NCBI GenBank assembly: GCA_965203905.1
Contig: CBDBDQ010000005.1
Span: forward strand, 6,112,001-6,176,000
From: Spirochaetia bacterium
GTDB lineage: Bacteria > Spirochaetota > Spirochaetia > SZUA-6 > Bin103
DNA: 64,000 nucleotides
Direction of reading: 5' to 3'
The position numbers and the translations under genes are program-made. This document shows positions 12,664 to 23,487 of the stretch, one piece after another. How positions within the stretch are numbered: the stretch's first letter is position 1; the number at the start of each line of letters is the position of its first letter. Under the pieces are notes generated by a model. That model saw only the letters and a list, made by a program, of their open reading frames with translations, was not told the origin of the DNA and ran no database searches.

Positions 12664-15080
12664 GCCAGCTTCACCACGGTCTTGCCGGCGCCGCCCGCCT
12701 GGGGCGCGGCAGCGGCAAAGCCCACCACGTCACGGTGCCGCTCAAGATACTGGTGGATGCCGTGGCGGAGAACACCCTCGCCCGTGCCGTGCAGAATGGT
12801 GAACTGGTGCAACCCGTTCAGCAGCGCGCCGTCGAGCTGGCGCTCCACCTGTTCCAGCGCCTCGTGCAGGCGCAGCCCCCGCACGTCGAGCTCCAGCAAC
12901 GGGCGGCCGCCAACGGCGCTCACCTCCACGTGAGGGGGCGCCGGCGGGTGCCGCCGAATGCCCCGCTCCGGCGCAACCGCGAGCTGCAGCTCGGCGGCCC
13001 GGAAGGTGCCGCGCACGCTGCCGGTCTCCACCACCCACGACCCGCGCCGGCCGGCCCGCACTACGGTTCCTTCGCGACCGCTGCCGGCAATGCGCACCCG
13101 CGCTCCCGGTGCCAGGTCGCCCGGTGCGGCGGCCGGCAACGGAGCCAACGCGGCGCCCGCCGCCTGGTCGCCGGAACCGGAGCGCGCGGTCTCGGGCTCG
13201 GCGGCGGCCGTTGCCCGCGCCGCCACCTGGTCCACGACCGCGCGCGCCGCGGCGGCCGCACCGCGCCAGCCCTCGCCGTCCCGGCCGCGCTCCCGCAACT
13301 CGCGAATGGCGCCCTCCAGCTGCTGGCGGCTGCGGCTCAGGAAGGCGCGCAGCTCCCGCGCTTCCGCGGCGTGCAGCTCCCGCTCCCGCGCGGCCAGCTC
13401 GCGCTCTCGCAGCGCCGTTTCCCGCCGCCGGCGCTCCAGCTCCAGCTGCGACTGGTCCTGTTCCTCGGCAATCTCGCGCAGCTCGTGCTGGCGCGCGGTC
13501 AGCGAGCGAATGATCTCGCCGGTATCGCTGCGCCCCTCGGCGAGGTACCCGCGCGCCGCGGCAACCACCTCCTCGGCAATGCCTTGACGGCGCGCGATCT
13601 CCAACGCGTGGCTCTCGCCGGGGATTCCCAGCAACAGACGATAGGTGGGACGCAGCGACTGCAGATCGAACTCCATGGCGGCGTTGTCGACGGCCGGGTT
13701 CACGTATCCGTAATTCTTGAGCGCGCCGTGATGAGTCGAGACCGCGACCAGCGCGCCCCGCGCGATGAGATTGTCCAGCACCGCCATCGCCAGCGTCACG
13801 CCTTCCTCGGGATCGGTGCCCGCCCCCAGCTCGTCGAGCAGCACGAGTGAGCGCTCGCTTGCGGATGCGAGGATGTGGGCGAGCTGGCGCACGTGACCGG
13901 AGAAGGTGGACAGCGACTGCGCGATCGACTGCTCGTCCCCGATGTCGCACAGCACCTCGTCGAACAGCGGCAGCGCGCTGCCCGCGGCCGCCGGAACTTC
14001 CATCCCGAACTGATTCATCAGCGCCAGCAGGCCCACCGTCTTCAGCGCCACCGTCTTGCCCCCGGTGTTGGGGCCGGTGATGATCAGCACCCGGCGGCCC
14101 GCGCCCCAGCGGATGTCGATCGGCACCGCCTCGGCGCCGAGCAACGGATGGCGTGCCGCGCGCAGGTCGATCGTCCCGGAGCCGCGCTGCAGCGCGACGC
14201 ACCGGTGCAGGCGGGCGTAGCGGGCGCGGGCGTAGCGCGCATCGTAGTGGGCGATTGCCGCCATGGTAGCGCACACCTCCTGCCCGTGCGCGGCGATCTC
14301 GGCGGTGAGCTCGCGCATGATGCGGCGCAGCTCACGGCGGTAGGCCAACTGCTCGGCGGCCACCCGATGGCCGGCGTGGACGCTCTCCTCGGGCTCGATG
14401 AAGACGGTCGCCCCGCTGGAGGAGACCTCGTGCACCACGCCGCGGATGCGGCCTTGATGATTGGCCTTGACCGGGAGCACCATACGTCCGCCGCGTTCGG
14501 TGGGGCGGTCGCCGTTGAGCACGGTGCGATACTCGGGCGCGGTGAGGTAACGGCGCGCCGCCAGCTCCACTTCCCGCTCCAGACGCCGGATACGGCCGCG
14601 AATCGCCGCCAGGGAGGGTAACTGGCGCTCGCGAATGGAACCGTCGGGGTCCACCACGCGGAAGATCTTCGCCGGCAGCGCCGCTACCGCGGCGGCCGGA
14701 GCCAGCAGGGGCGCGATGCGGGCCATGGCGGCGTCGCCGCGGCCACGCGGCCGCAGGGCGCGGTGCAACGTACCCGCGGAGTGCAGGAAGCGGCCGAGGC
14801 GAGCCGCGGCGTCCGGCTCCAGCACCGTACCTTCCTTGGACAGCAGGGCGACCGCATCGGCCACTTCGGGCAGGTCGGACGTGGCCGGGACCCGGTCCGC
14901 TTCCAGCAGTTCACGCAACGCGCCGACCTCGCCCAGCAGCTCGGCGTGCGCGGCGGCGTCGCCGACGAACTCCTCCGCGGCGAGCCGCGCGGCACCGGCC
15001 GCGGACAGGCACAGTTCTGCCAGCTCGGCGCGCACGCGGGCAAACTCCAGGAGGGCGACTGCATGCCGGTCCATGGGCAT
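12660..15080 (-). CDS. mutS2: Endonuclease MutS2 with C-terminal Smr domain
   Basis: [54 protein letters not shown]. Confidence 0.96.
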
Positions 15081-16051
15081 CAGCGGCGTTCGGCGACCGC
15101 GTCCTGCAACTCGCCGAGGATGCGGCAGTAGCTCAGATAACGATCGCGCAGGATTTCCCCACGCTGCAGCGCCGCCCGCACCGCGCAGCCGGGCTCGCTC
15201 ACGCAGAGACAGCCCGGGAACTCGCACTCCTCGACGTAGGGCAGGAAGTCGCGGTACCACAAGCGCAATTCCTGAGGTTCGATGTCGCTGATCTCCAGTT
15301 CCCGAATGCCGGGCGTGTCGATGGCCAGAATGCCGCCGGCGGCGGCTACCATTTCGCCGTAGCGGGTGGTATGGGCGCCCCGGTCGTACTTGCGAGACAG
15401 CGTTCCCTCGGGGCGCTCCAGCGCGGGATCCAGTCGGTTCAGCAGGGCGGACTTGCCCACGCCGGAGTGACCCACCAGGGCTGGCAGCGCGGCATCCGCG
15501 AGCTGCCGCCGCAGCTCGGCGATCCCGTGTCCGGTCGCCGCCGAGCAGGTCACCACCGCGTAGCCCATGGCGCGATAGCCGGCCAGGCGCCGGTCGATGG
15601 CGGGCGAGCTGCCCAGGTCCTGCTTGTTGACGACCACGGTGGGCTCGGCGCCGCCCAACTCCGCGGACAGCAGCAGGCGGTCGAGAAACCGCGGCCGGAA
15701 GGGGGGAGCGGCAAATGACCCCACCGCCAGCAGCCGGTCCACGTTGGCGGCGATGGTCTGGGGCGCCTGGCGCTTCTTGTTCCAGCGGCGGATCGCCGAA
15801 GTCCTGGCCCGGCGGTCGAGAATCCAGCCCTGCCGCGGAACCGCCTCATCCAGCGAGATGGTAACCCAGTCACCCGGCGCCAGCGGGTTGTAGGCGGGGT
15901 CGGTGACCGGCTGCTTGCCGCCCAGCACCTTGCCCATGATGCGACACTCCACCAGCGACTGGCCGGGGGTGTCGCCGGCAGCCGCGTCCTCCAATCTCAC
16001 GCGGTAGATGTTGTTGATGCCACTGGCCACCTGCCCCAGCACGGCCTTCAT
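15080..16051 (-). CDS. rsgA: Ribosome small subunit-dependent GTPase A
   Basis: NKQD, GHSGVGKS, GAHTT, DTPG in circularly permuted order; C-terminal zinc finger. Confidence 0.96.
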   Translation of the reverse strand: MKAVLGQVASGINNIYRVRLEDAAAGDTPGQSLVECRIMGKVLGGKQPVTDPAYNPLAPGDWVTISLDEAVPRQGWILDRRARTSAIRRWNKKRQAPQTIAANVDRLLAVGSFAAPPFRPRFLDRLLLSAELGGAEPTVVVNKQDLGSSPAIDRRLAGYRAMGYAVVTCSAATGHGIAELRRQLADAALPALVGHSGVGKSALLNRLDPALERPEGTLSRKYDRGAHTTRYGEMVAAAGGILAIDTPGIRELEISDIEPQELRLWYRDFLPYVEECEFPGCLCVSEPGCAVRAALQRGEILRDRYLSYCRILGELQDAVAERR

Positions 16052-16246
16052 GATAGGACAGGCGCCCGCCGCTGCCCACCCCGCGAGTCGCCCCCGTCGC
16101 CGGGAACGGACCCGCGTCCCGCGGTCGGCGGTGGCGGTACGCCGCTACGCGTAGTGCTTCCTGAAGTAGTCCAGCGAGGAGACGCGGCTCACGCCGCCGA
16201 ACGGGCCGCGGTTGTAGCGGGTCGCGACATGGCATAGCTTGAGGCC

Positions 16247-16831
16247 ATGGTGGCGAGCTTCCCGGTGTGCCGGCAACAGGGCTGTGCCGAGTACGCCGTT
16301 TTCCGGCGCCCGTGCTGCGCCGCCCACTGCGAGGATCGCGCCGCCTACGAGGCCGAGGTGACCGAGTTGCTGCGCGCCACGCGGCGGCTGGAAGGACTCA
16401 ACCTGGCCGACGTACCCTGCCGTGGCCTGGACCTGCGTGGCCGCGAGTTGATCGGCTGCCGGCTTACGGGAGCGGTGTGGGAGAACGTACGCCTCGACGG
16501 TTCGCGCCTGCACCATACCCTGCTGGACTTCGCCACCCTGCGCGAATGCTCCCTGCGCGGGATCGTGGCCACCTTGTCGGTGTTCGCCGGTGCCACGATC
16601 GCTGCCAGCCACTTCGGAGACTCCGACCTGCCGCGCAACAACTTCGTCGGACTGCGCTGCGCCGACACCAGTTTCCAGGGCAGCGACCTCAGTTCCTGCC
16701 GCTTCATCGGCGCACGTCTCGAACGGGTCGACTTCCAGGACTGCAACCTGTATCACGTGCACTTCGAGACGGCGCTGATGGAGGAGGTCAACCTGCGCTA
16801 CTGCAACACCGAGGAAGCTCACTTCTCGTGA
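16247..16831 (+). CDS. Pentapeptide repeat protein with Cys-rich N-terminus
   Basis: Tandem five-residue repeats (GLDLR, CRLTG, TSFQG, SDLSS, CRFIG, ARLER); C..C....CC..HC N-terminus. Confidence 0.85.
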   Translation: MVASFPVCRQQGCAEYAVFRRPCCAAHCEDRAAYEAEVTELLRATRRLEGLNLADVPCRGLDLRGRELIGCRLTGAVWENVRLDGSRLHHTLLDFATLRECSLRGIVATLSVFAGATIAASHFGDSDLPRNNFVGLRCADTSFQGSDLSSCRFIGARLERVDFQDCNLYHVHFETALMEEVNLRYCNTEEAHFS

Positions 16832-17397
16832 CGCTGATTTCGTGCCACGCCAAGACCGGCTTCGCCAACTGTTACGTGGTGGGCCCCGACGGCGGCGGGC
16901 CGGCGGCAATCATCGATCCTGGCCACTTCGATTCCAGCCTGCTGGAACGCATCGAGCAGGCTGGCCTGCAGATCGCGGCGGTGCTGCTGACCCACTCCCA
17001 CCGCGCGCACTGCGGCGGCACCGGCACCGTGCTCAGCGTGTACCGGGCCCGCGTCTACGGCCACGGCGGAAGCGGGCGCCCGCGCGTCGATCAGGCGCTG
17101 CGGGACGGCGACAGCGTTGCCGTCGGCACCCTGGAGTTCCAGGTGTGCGAGCTCCCCGGTCACGCCGCCGACAGCCTGGGGTTCCGTGTCGGAGACCTGC
17201 TGTTCACCGGCGATGCGCTGCTGGCGGGGGACGTCGGCAGCACCCCCACCGCGGCGGCCCGTGCCTCCCTGGTCACGGCACTGCGGGAGCGCGTGCTGAG
17301 CCTGCCGGATCGCGTGACGATCCTGCCCGGACACGGCCCGCCCACCACGGTGCGCGCGGAGCGCGCCTTCAACGCCGCCCTGCGGCCGGGGCACTAG
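16828..17397 (+). CDS. MBL-fold (glyoxalase II-like) hydrolase
   Basis: IIDPG, THSHRAH, LPGH, FTGDAL, LPGHGP; GTGA overlap with upstream gene. Confidence 0.87.
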   Translation: MTLISCHAKTGFANCYVVGPDGGGPAAIIDPGHFDSSLLERIEQAGLQIAAVLLTHSHRAHCGGTGTVLSVYRARVYGHGGSGRPRVDQALRDGDSVAVGTLEFQVCELPGHAADSLGFRVGDLLFTGDALLAGDVGSTPTAAARASLVTALRERVLSLPDRVTILPGHGPPTTVRAERAFNAALRPGH

Positions 17398-17443
17398 TTG
17401 TCCGCAAGCCATTCGTGTGGAACGCGATGGCTAGGCTCGGAGA

Positions 17444-18370
17444 CTAGGGAGCGGCGTCCGGGGGCGCGAAGTCGGGCGGCCACGGCGCCGTGAAGGTACG
17501 CGGCTCCCGGTCCCCCGGAAGGCGGATGCTGAGGCGCCGCGCGTGCAGCAGGAGCCGCGGCGCGGTGCCGCGCGCGCGTCCGGCATACAGCGGATCACCC
17601 AGGATCGGATGCCCGAGCCAGCGCAGGTGGACGCGCAGCTGATGGGTACGTCCGGTCACGGGGCGCAGTGCTACCAGCGACGCACCGGCCAGCGATCGGC
17701 GTACCTGGTAGCGGGTCACCGCCACCTTGCCGCGGTCCTGGCTTACGCGCACCCGCAACGGGTTGCGCGGGTCGCGCCGCAGGCGGGTGGCAATCCGGCC
17801 GGCCGCGGGCGTGGGACGCCCCGCTACCCAGGCGAAATAGATCTTGCCGACCCGGCGCTCGGCGAATTGACGGCCGAGCCAGGCGTGAGCAGGGCCCTTC
17901 CTGGCGACGATGATCACCCCCGAGGTGTCCTTGTCCAGACGATGGACGATTCCGGGTCGAGACGAGCCCGGAAACTGCCGGGCCAGATCTTGGTACCGAT
18001 GCAGCAGACCGTTCACCAGCGTGCCGCCGCGGTTGCCGCTTCCCGGATGGACCACCATGCCGCAGGGCTTGTTCAGCACCACTACGTCAGCATCTTCAAA
18101 CAGCACCTCCAGCTCCATCGGTTCGGGCAGCACGGTGCTTGCCGGAGGTGGCGCAAGGGCGACCTCGATATGGTCGCCCAGCTCCAAGCGAGTGCTCGGT
18201 TTGACCGCCCGGCCGTTGACCTTCAGGCCCGCCAGCCGCTGCTGGAACTGGCTGCGCGAAGGCAGACCTGAACGGGCGCTGAGGTACCGATCCGCGCGCT
18301 GGCCGGCGCCGTCGGCCTCCACCACGACGCGGACGCTGGTCAGCTCGGCTCCGCGATCCGCCTTATCCAT
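17444..18370 (-). CDS. rluD: RluA/RluD family pseudouridine synthase
   Basis: S4-like N-terminus, NKPCGMVVHP, GIVHRLDKDTSG, TGRTHQLRVH, GDPLY. Confidence 0.9.
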   Translation of the reverse strand: MDKADRGAELTSVRVVVEADGAGQRADRYLSARSGLPSRSQFQQRLAGLKVNGRAVKPSTRLELGDHIEVALAPPPASTVLPEPMELEVLFEDADVVVLNKPCGMVVHPGSGNRGGTLVNGLLHRYQDLARQFPGSSRPGIVHRLDKDTSGVIIVARKGPAHAWLGRQFAERRVGKIYFAWVAGRPTPAAGRIATRLRRDPRNPLRVRVSQDRGKVAVTRYQVRRSLAGASLVALRPVTGRTHQLRVHLRWLGHPILGDPLYAGRARGTAPRLLLHARRLSIRLPGDREPRTFTAPWPPDFAPPDAAP

Positions 18371-18929
18371 GATCGGCGGCGGCGCCGGATTCGGATGGCA
18401 TCGTGCCCGGAGTCAGGTGCGGCCAGAGGTTTGCCAGCGAGGCAGGCAGCAGCGCCGCGTGCGACGAGGCGACCGCGGGCGCTACCGGTCCGCCGCCCTG
18501 CGGGCCGCGGGCGGCGGCCGCGGCAGGATCTGACGAGTAGCGCGGCGGCTCCGCCGCCTGTCCGATCAGGTAGTCGGCGACCGCCACCACCACCGCCACG
18601 CCGGCAGCGGCGAGCACGATGCCGACCTTCTCGTCGTCGTCGAACGGATCCTGATCCAGGGCGCGACCGAACGGCGCCGTGTCTTCGGAGAACCCATCGC
18701 CCGCCCAGCGGGCGTAATCGTAGACGATGGTGGACAGCAGCAGGGCGAACGGAAACGCGCCCACGGCGACGATCTCGCCACGCCGCAGGTGGCGCAGTTC
18801 GGGCGCGAATTCGTTCGGATCGTAGGGCTCCGGGACCGGCGCCGGATCCGGCTGGTTCTGCGCCGGCGCCGCAACCGCGGCAGCGACTGCCAGGAGCGCC
18901 GCAGGCAGCATCCGTACGGCTGCGCGCAT
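18363..18929 (-). CDS. Hypothetical membrane protein (signal peptide plus two TM segments)
   Basis: MRAAVRMLPAALLAVAAA signal; PEPYDPNEF..LRRGEIVAVGAFPF; overlaps both neighbours in operon fashion. Confidence 0.7.
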   Translation of the reverse strand: MRAAVRMLPAALLAVAAAVAAPAQNQPDPAPVPEPYDPNEFAPELRHLRRGEIVAVGAFPFALLLSTIVYDYARWAGDGFSEDTAPFGRALDQDPFDDDEKVGIVLAAAGVAVVVAVADYLIGQAAEPPRYSSDPAAAAARGPQGGGPVAPAVASSHAALLPASLANLWPHLTPGTMPSESGAAADHG

Positions 18930-19660
18930 CACGTCGGAGCGTGCGCCTGCGGCGCCGCGGCGCGCGGGCCGAACAGCACCGTCCCCAGGCGCACCAGCGT
19001 CGCACCCTCCTCCACCGCGATCTCGAAGTCCCCGGACATGCCCATCGACAGGGTATCGAAGGCCGGCCGGTCCGGGGCCAGCTCCTCGAACAGTCGGCGC
19101 AGCGTCCGGAAACAGCCGCGTACGGCTGCGACATCGGCACTCCACACCGCCATGGTCATCAGCCCGCGCACGCGCAGCCGATCCAGAGCCACGATTGCCT
19201 CGAGGCCACGGCGCAACTCGTCGGCATTGGGAAAACCGTGCTTGGCCGCCTCGCCGGAGGTGTTCAGCTCCAGCAGCACGTCCACGGTTCCGCCGCTGGC
19301 GACAAGGGCCCGCTGCAACGCCTGCGCCGTGGCAACCTTGTCGATCGACTGCACGGCATGGAACAGGCGCGCGGCGGCCCGCGCCTTGTTGCGCTGCAGG
19401 TGACCGATCAGGTGCACCTCCGCGTGCGGCAGCGGCGGATCGAGCTTTGCCGCCGCCTCCTGCACCCGGTTCTCCCCGATCAGGTCGAGCCCGGCGGCCA
19501 GCGCGGCCTCCAGCGCCGCCCGCGGCTGGGTCTTGGTGACTGCCATGATGCGCACGTCGTCGGCACTGCGGCCGGCGCGGGCCGCAGCAGCCGCAACTCG
19601 GACCCGAGTCTGCTGCAGCCGCCGGCGGAGCAGCATCACTGCCGGTTCCGTCACGCCCAT
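18929..19660 (-). CDS. yggS: PLP homeostasis protein YggS
   Basis: AVTKT, GENRVQEA, HLIGHLQRNK, LSMGMSGDF, VRLGTVLFG. Confidence 0.96.
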   Translation of the reverse strand: MGVTEPAVMLLRRRLQQTRVRVAAAAARAGRSADDVRIMAVTKTQPRAALEAALAAGLDLIGENRVQEAAAKLDPPLPHAEVHLIGHLQRNKARAAARLFHAVQSIDKVATAQALQRALVASGGTVDVLLELNTSGEAAKHGFPNADELRRGLEAIVALDRLRVRGLMTMAVWSADVAAVRGCFRTLRRLFEELAPDRPAFDTLSMGMSGDFEIAVEEGATLVRLGTVLFGPRAAAPQAHAPT

Positions 19661-19765
19661 CCTGCCACACAGTAGCGAAAACCCTCGGCATTGACGAGGT
19701 GCGGCGGCGCCAGCCGTTGCCGGCGGCGGGGCACCTCCGGAGCCGCACCGCCGCGCCCGAATGCG

Positions 19766-19795
19766 TTGTCACTGCGGCGAGCCGCGCCCTATATT
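19766..19795 (+). promoter_or_regulatory. Sigma70-like promoter for pdxST
   Basis: TTGTCA-N18-TATATT, followed by AGGAG RBS and GTG at 19817. Confidence 0.55.
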
Positions 19796-19816
19796 TGGGA
19801 AGCAGGAGAACACAGC

Positions 19817-20713
19817 GTGGTAAACGGTGACAAGAAGACCGGCACCTGGACCGTCAAGGCGGGGCTGGCACAGATGCTCAAGGGTGGCGTGATCATGGAC
19901 GTGGTAACCGCGGATCAGGCCAGGATCGCGGAGGACGCCGGTGCCTGCGCGGTCATGGCGCTGGAGCGGGTACCCGCGGAGATCCGTGCCGCCGGCGGCG
20001 TCGCGCGCATGGCGGACCCCACCAAGATCACCGAGATCCAGGAGGCGGTGAGCATTCCGGTGATGGCCAAGTGCCGCATCGGCCACTTCGTCGAAGCACA
20101 GGTGCTGCAGGCCCTGAACATCGACTACATCGACGAATCGGAGGTCCTGACCCCGGCGGACGAGGCCAACCACGTCTGGAAGCACGACTTCACGGTGCCG
20201 TTCGTCTGCGGCTGCCGGGACCTGGGAGAGGCGCTGCGGCGCATCGCCGAAGGCGCGGCCATGATCCGCACCAAGGGCGAAGCGGGAACCGGCAACGTGG
20301 TCGAGGCCGTGCGCCACGCACGCACCGTGCTCGGCGAGATCCGCCGCATCGGCACCCTCGGCAGCGACGAGCTGGTAACCGCGGCCAAGCAGCACGGGGC
20401 ACCGCTGGAGCTGCTGCAGCAGATTCAACGTGAGGGCCGCCTGCCGGTGGTGAATTTCGCGGCCGGCGGCATCGCCACGCCGGCGGATGCGGCGCTGCTG
20501 ATGCAACTGGGGGTCGACGGCGTGTTCGTGGGCTCCGGGATCTTCAAGTCGGAGCACCCTCAGCGCATGGCCGACGCCATCGTCAAGGCCACCACCCACT
20601 ACCAGGACCCGGCCATCGTTGCCGACGTGTCGCGCGGCCTCGGCGCCGCCATGCCCGGCCTCGACGTACACGAGATCCCCGCCACCGAGCAGCTCGCGGT
20701 ACGCGGCTGGTAG
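19817..20713 (+). CDS. pdxS: Pyridoxal 5'-phosphate synthase lyase subunit
   Basis: [40 protein letters not shown], ends VRGW. Confidence 0.98.
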   Translation: MVNGDKKTGTWTVKAGLAQMLKGGVIMDVVTADQARIAEDAGACAVMALERVPAEIRAAGGVARMADPTKITEIQEAVSIPVMAKCRIGHFVEAQVLQALNIDYIDESEVLTPADEANHVWKHDFTVPFVCGCRDLGEALRRIAEGAAMIRTKGEAGTGNVVEAVRHARTVLGEIRRIGTLGSDELVTAAKQHGAPLELLQQIQREGRLPVVNFAAGGIATPADAALLMQLGVDGVFVGSGIFKSEHPQRMADAIVKATTHYQDPAIVADVSRGLGAAMPGLDVHEIPATEQLAVRGW

Positions 20714-20725
20714 CCTCCCTCCCGC

Positions 20726-21340
20726 GTGCTGATCGGGATCCTGGCGCTCCAGGGCGACGTCGCCGAACATCAGGCTGCGCTGGCCGCTCTGGGAGCGGAG
20801 ACCCGGCTCGTGCGCCTGCCGCACCACCTGCAGGAGATCGACGGGCTGATCATCCCCGGCGGCGAGAGCACCACCATGGCGTTGCTGCTCGACCGGTACC
20901 GGCTGCGACAACCGCTGCTGGCGCGACTGACCGGCGGCATGCCGGCGTGGGGAACGTGCGCGGGCATGGTGCTGCTGGCGCGACGGCTGACCGATGACCG
21001 GCCGCGGCCCCTGGGCGTGATCGACATGGTGGTGAGCCGCAACGCGTTCGGCCGTCAGGTGGAGAGCTTCGAGACCGACCTGGCGGTGGCCGCGATCGGT
21101 GAGGATCCGCTGCACGCCGTGTTCATCCGCGCGCCGGCGGTGGTGGAGGTCGGTCCAGCCACAACCGTCCTGGCCCGACTGCCCGACGGACGCGCCGTGG
21201 CGGTGCAGCACGGTCCGCACCTGGCCACCGCGTTCCATCCCGAACTGACCCCTGACCGGCGCCTGCACCGCCACTTCCTGCGCAGCGTCGGTCGCGCGAT
21301 GCAGCGCAACCGTACCGGACGTACCGTCGCTCCAAGTTGA
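20726..21340 (+). CDS. pdxT: Pyridoxal 5'-phosphate synthase glutaminase subunit
   Basis: LALQGD, PGGESTT, GTCAGM, RNAFGRQ, FHPEL. Confidence 0.97.
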   Translation: MLIGILALQGDVAEHQAALAALGAETRLVRLPHHLQEIDGLIIPGGESTTMALLLDRYRLRQPLLARLTGGMPAWGTCAGMVLLARRLTDDRPRPLGVIDMVVSRNAFGRQVESFETDLAVAAIGEDPLHAVFIRAPAVVEVGPATTVLARLPDGRAVAVQHGPHLATAFHPELTPDRRLHRHFLRSVGRAMQRNRTGRTVAPS

Positions 21341-21424
21341 CCCGATCCGCCGGGGTCCGCTACCCTGAGGGCGCGTGACGACCGCTCGCCCGCACTCACC
21401 CGGCCGCAATTACGGCTGCGCAGC

Positions 21425-22492
21425 ATGGAGTCCCGCCGCGTGCAGTTAGAGGTTGTCATCGCAGTCGGCTTCTTCCTCCTGATCGGCATCGAAACCACCG
21501 TAAGCTGGGCCCACAACCTGCGCTCCTACGAGTTCCGGGACACCGCGGCGAACTTCGCGCTGGCGCTCGGTGATCTGTTCATGGCCGCCGCCATGAAGGC
21601 CGTGTTTCTGCTCCTGTTCGCCTTTCTGCACCGGATTGCGCCGCTGGACATGGGGCTCGCCTGGTACAGCTGGGTGCTGCTGGTACTGGTGAACGACTTC
21701 ATCTACTACGTGTTCCACCGCCTGGGTCATCGCTGCCGCTTCATGTGGGCGTTCCACGTCACCCACCACTCATCGCAGAAGTACAACTTCTCGGTGGCGA
21801 TCCGGCTCAACCTGTTCATACTGCCGCTCCACTTCCTGTTCATGCTGCCGCTGGCGCTGCTCGGATTCCGTCCGGAAGCGATTCTGGCGATCAACTCGGT
21901 CACCACGCTGTATCAACTCTGGGTGCATACCGAGCTGGTGGGCAAGCTCGGCGTCCTCGACCGGGTCTTCAACACGCCGTCCAATCACCGCGTCCACCAC
22001 GGCTCCAATCCCCAGTACCTGGATCGCAACTACGGTGCCATGTTCATCTTCTGGGATCACCTGTTCGGCACCTACGAACCGGAGGTGGAAGCACCGGTCT
22101 ACGGCCTCACCAAGAACGTGGACTCCTACAACCCGGTGACCCTGACCCTGCACGAGGTGCACGCCATGCTGCGCGACGTCGCACGTCCCGGCCCGCTGCG
22201 CCACCGGGTGATGTACCTGTTCGGACCGCCGGGCTGGCGGCCCGAGACGGCGCCCCGGGCAGCGCGCTGGCCGGTACTCCGCCGCGCGCTCCTGCGGCGC
22301 TCGCCGCGGCGCGGTGCGCGCACCGCCGAGCGCGCCGTGCCGGCCCCGTTGCCGCTGCGACTGTCGCGCTACCGGCACCCACCGCGCGCACCGCGACCGG
22401 GACAGAAACCGAGCCGGGGAAGACGCTCCGCCGACACCCGCACGCCTTCCACCACTGCCAGCTACCGGCGCCGCCGGCCGGCCGGCACCTGA
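21425..22492 (+). CDS. Fatty acid hydroxylase/sterol desaturase family protein (alkylglycerol monooxygenase-like)
   Basis: His boxes HRLGH, HVTHH, WVH, HRVHH; NYGAMFIFWDHLFGT; GPPGW followed by an Arg/Pro-rich tail. Confidence 0.9.
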   Translation: MESRRVQLEVVIAVGFFLLIGIETTVSWAHNLRSYEFRDTAANFALALGDLFMAAAMKAVFLLLFAFLHRIAPLDMGLAWYSWVLLVLVNDFIYYVFHRLGHRCRFMWAFHVTHHSSQKYNFSVAIRLNLFILPLHFLFMLPLALLGFRPEAILAINSVTTLYQLWVHTELVGKLGVLDRVFNTPSNHRVHHGSNPQYLDRNYGAMFIFWDHLFGTYEPEVEAPVYGLTKNVDSYNPVTLTLHEVHAMLRDVARPGPLRHRVMYLFGPPGWRPETAPRAARWPVLRRALLRRSPRRGARTAERAVPAPLPLRLSRYRHPPRAPRPGQKPSRGRRSADTRTPSTTASYRRRRPAGT

Positions 22493-22506
22493 GCCCGCCC
22501 GGCGCC

Positions 22507-23487
22507 ATGGCGCGCTCGGTGCTGGTCACCGGCGCCACCGGACAGATCGGATCGGCGCTCACCCACGCGCTGCTGCAGAACGGCTGGCAGGTGCGCGCCC
22601 TGGTGCGCGACGAGGAGCGCGCGCGGCTGCGGCTCGGCGCGAACGTCGAGCTGGTACGCGGGGACCTCGCTGAGCCGGACAGCGTACGCCCGGCCCTGCG
22701 CGGCGTCGCGGCGGTAGCCCACCTCGCCGGCGTGGCTTCCTACTGGCCGGCGCGCGCGCCCGAGATGAGGGAGGTGAACCTGCACGGCACCGCGCACCTG
22801 CTCGACGCGTGTGCCGCCGCGGGGGTGGGCAGGCTGCTGCACACCAGCTCCATCGCCACGCTCGGCTGGGTACCCGACGGCGAAGTTGGGGACGAGTCCA
22901 CCGGTTACAACTGGCACCGTTGCGGCATCGCCTACTTCGACACCAAGTACGAGGCGGAACGCATGGTGCTGAGCGACCCGCGCCTGGCAGCCGTCGTGGT
23001 CAACCCGGGGCTGGTATTCGGAGCCGGTGACACGGCCGGAAATGGGCTCCGCTTCCTGCGCGAGATCGCCGCCGGCGTGCCCGGCTACCCGCCCGGCGCC
23101 ACCACCGCCGCGGTGCTGGACGACGTGGTGGCCGGACATCTCGCCGCCCTGGAGCGCGGCCGTCCCGGCGAGCGCTACGTCCTCGGCGGCTCGCCGCTTC
23201 CGTTCCACGAGCTGTTTGCGGAAATCGCCGCCGTCGTCGGCGTCCCGCCGCCACGACGCCGGCTGGCACCGTGGATGCTCGGGGCCCTGGCGCTGGCCCA
23301 CACTGCCGCCTCCCGCCTGCACGGCGGGGAGCCGCGGATCTCCATCCCGAGCTACCACATCCTGACCCGCAACCGGCGCTACCGCTCCGCCAAGGCGGTC
23401 CGCGAGCTCGGCTACCGCATCTCCCCGCTCAGCGAAGGATTGCGGCGCTGCTGGGAGTGGTACCGCCAGCGGCAACCGCCAGCGTAG
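22507..23487 (+). CDS. NAD-dependent epimerase/dehydratase (HpnA / 3-beta-HSD-like extended SDR)
   Basis: VTGATGQIG, HTSS, YFDTK (YxxxK), GRPGERYVLGG. Confidence 0.9.
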   Translation: MARSVLVTGATGQIGSALTHALLQNGWQVRALVRDEERARLRLGANVELVRGDLAEPDSVRPALRGVAAVAHLAGVASYWPARAPEMREVNLHGTAHLLDACAAAGVGRLLHTSSIATLGWVPDGEVGDESTGYNWHRCGIAYFDTKYEAERMVLSDPRLAAVVVNPGLVFGAGDTAGNGLRFLREIAAGVPGYPPGATTAAVLDDVVAGHLAALERGRPGERYVLGGSPLPFHELFAEIAAVVGVPPPRRRLAPWMLGALALAHTAASRLHGGEPRISIPSYHILTRNRRYRSAKAVRELGYRISPLSEGLRRCWEWYRQRQPPA

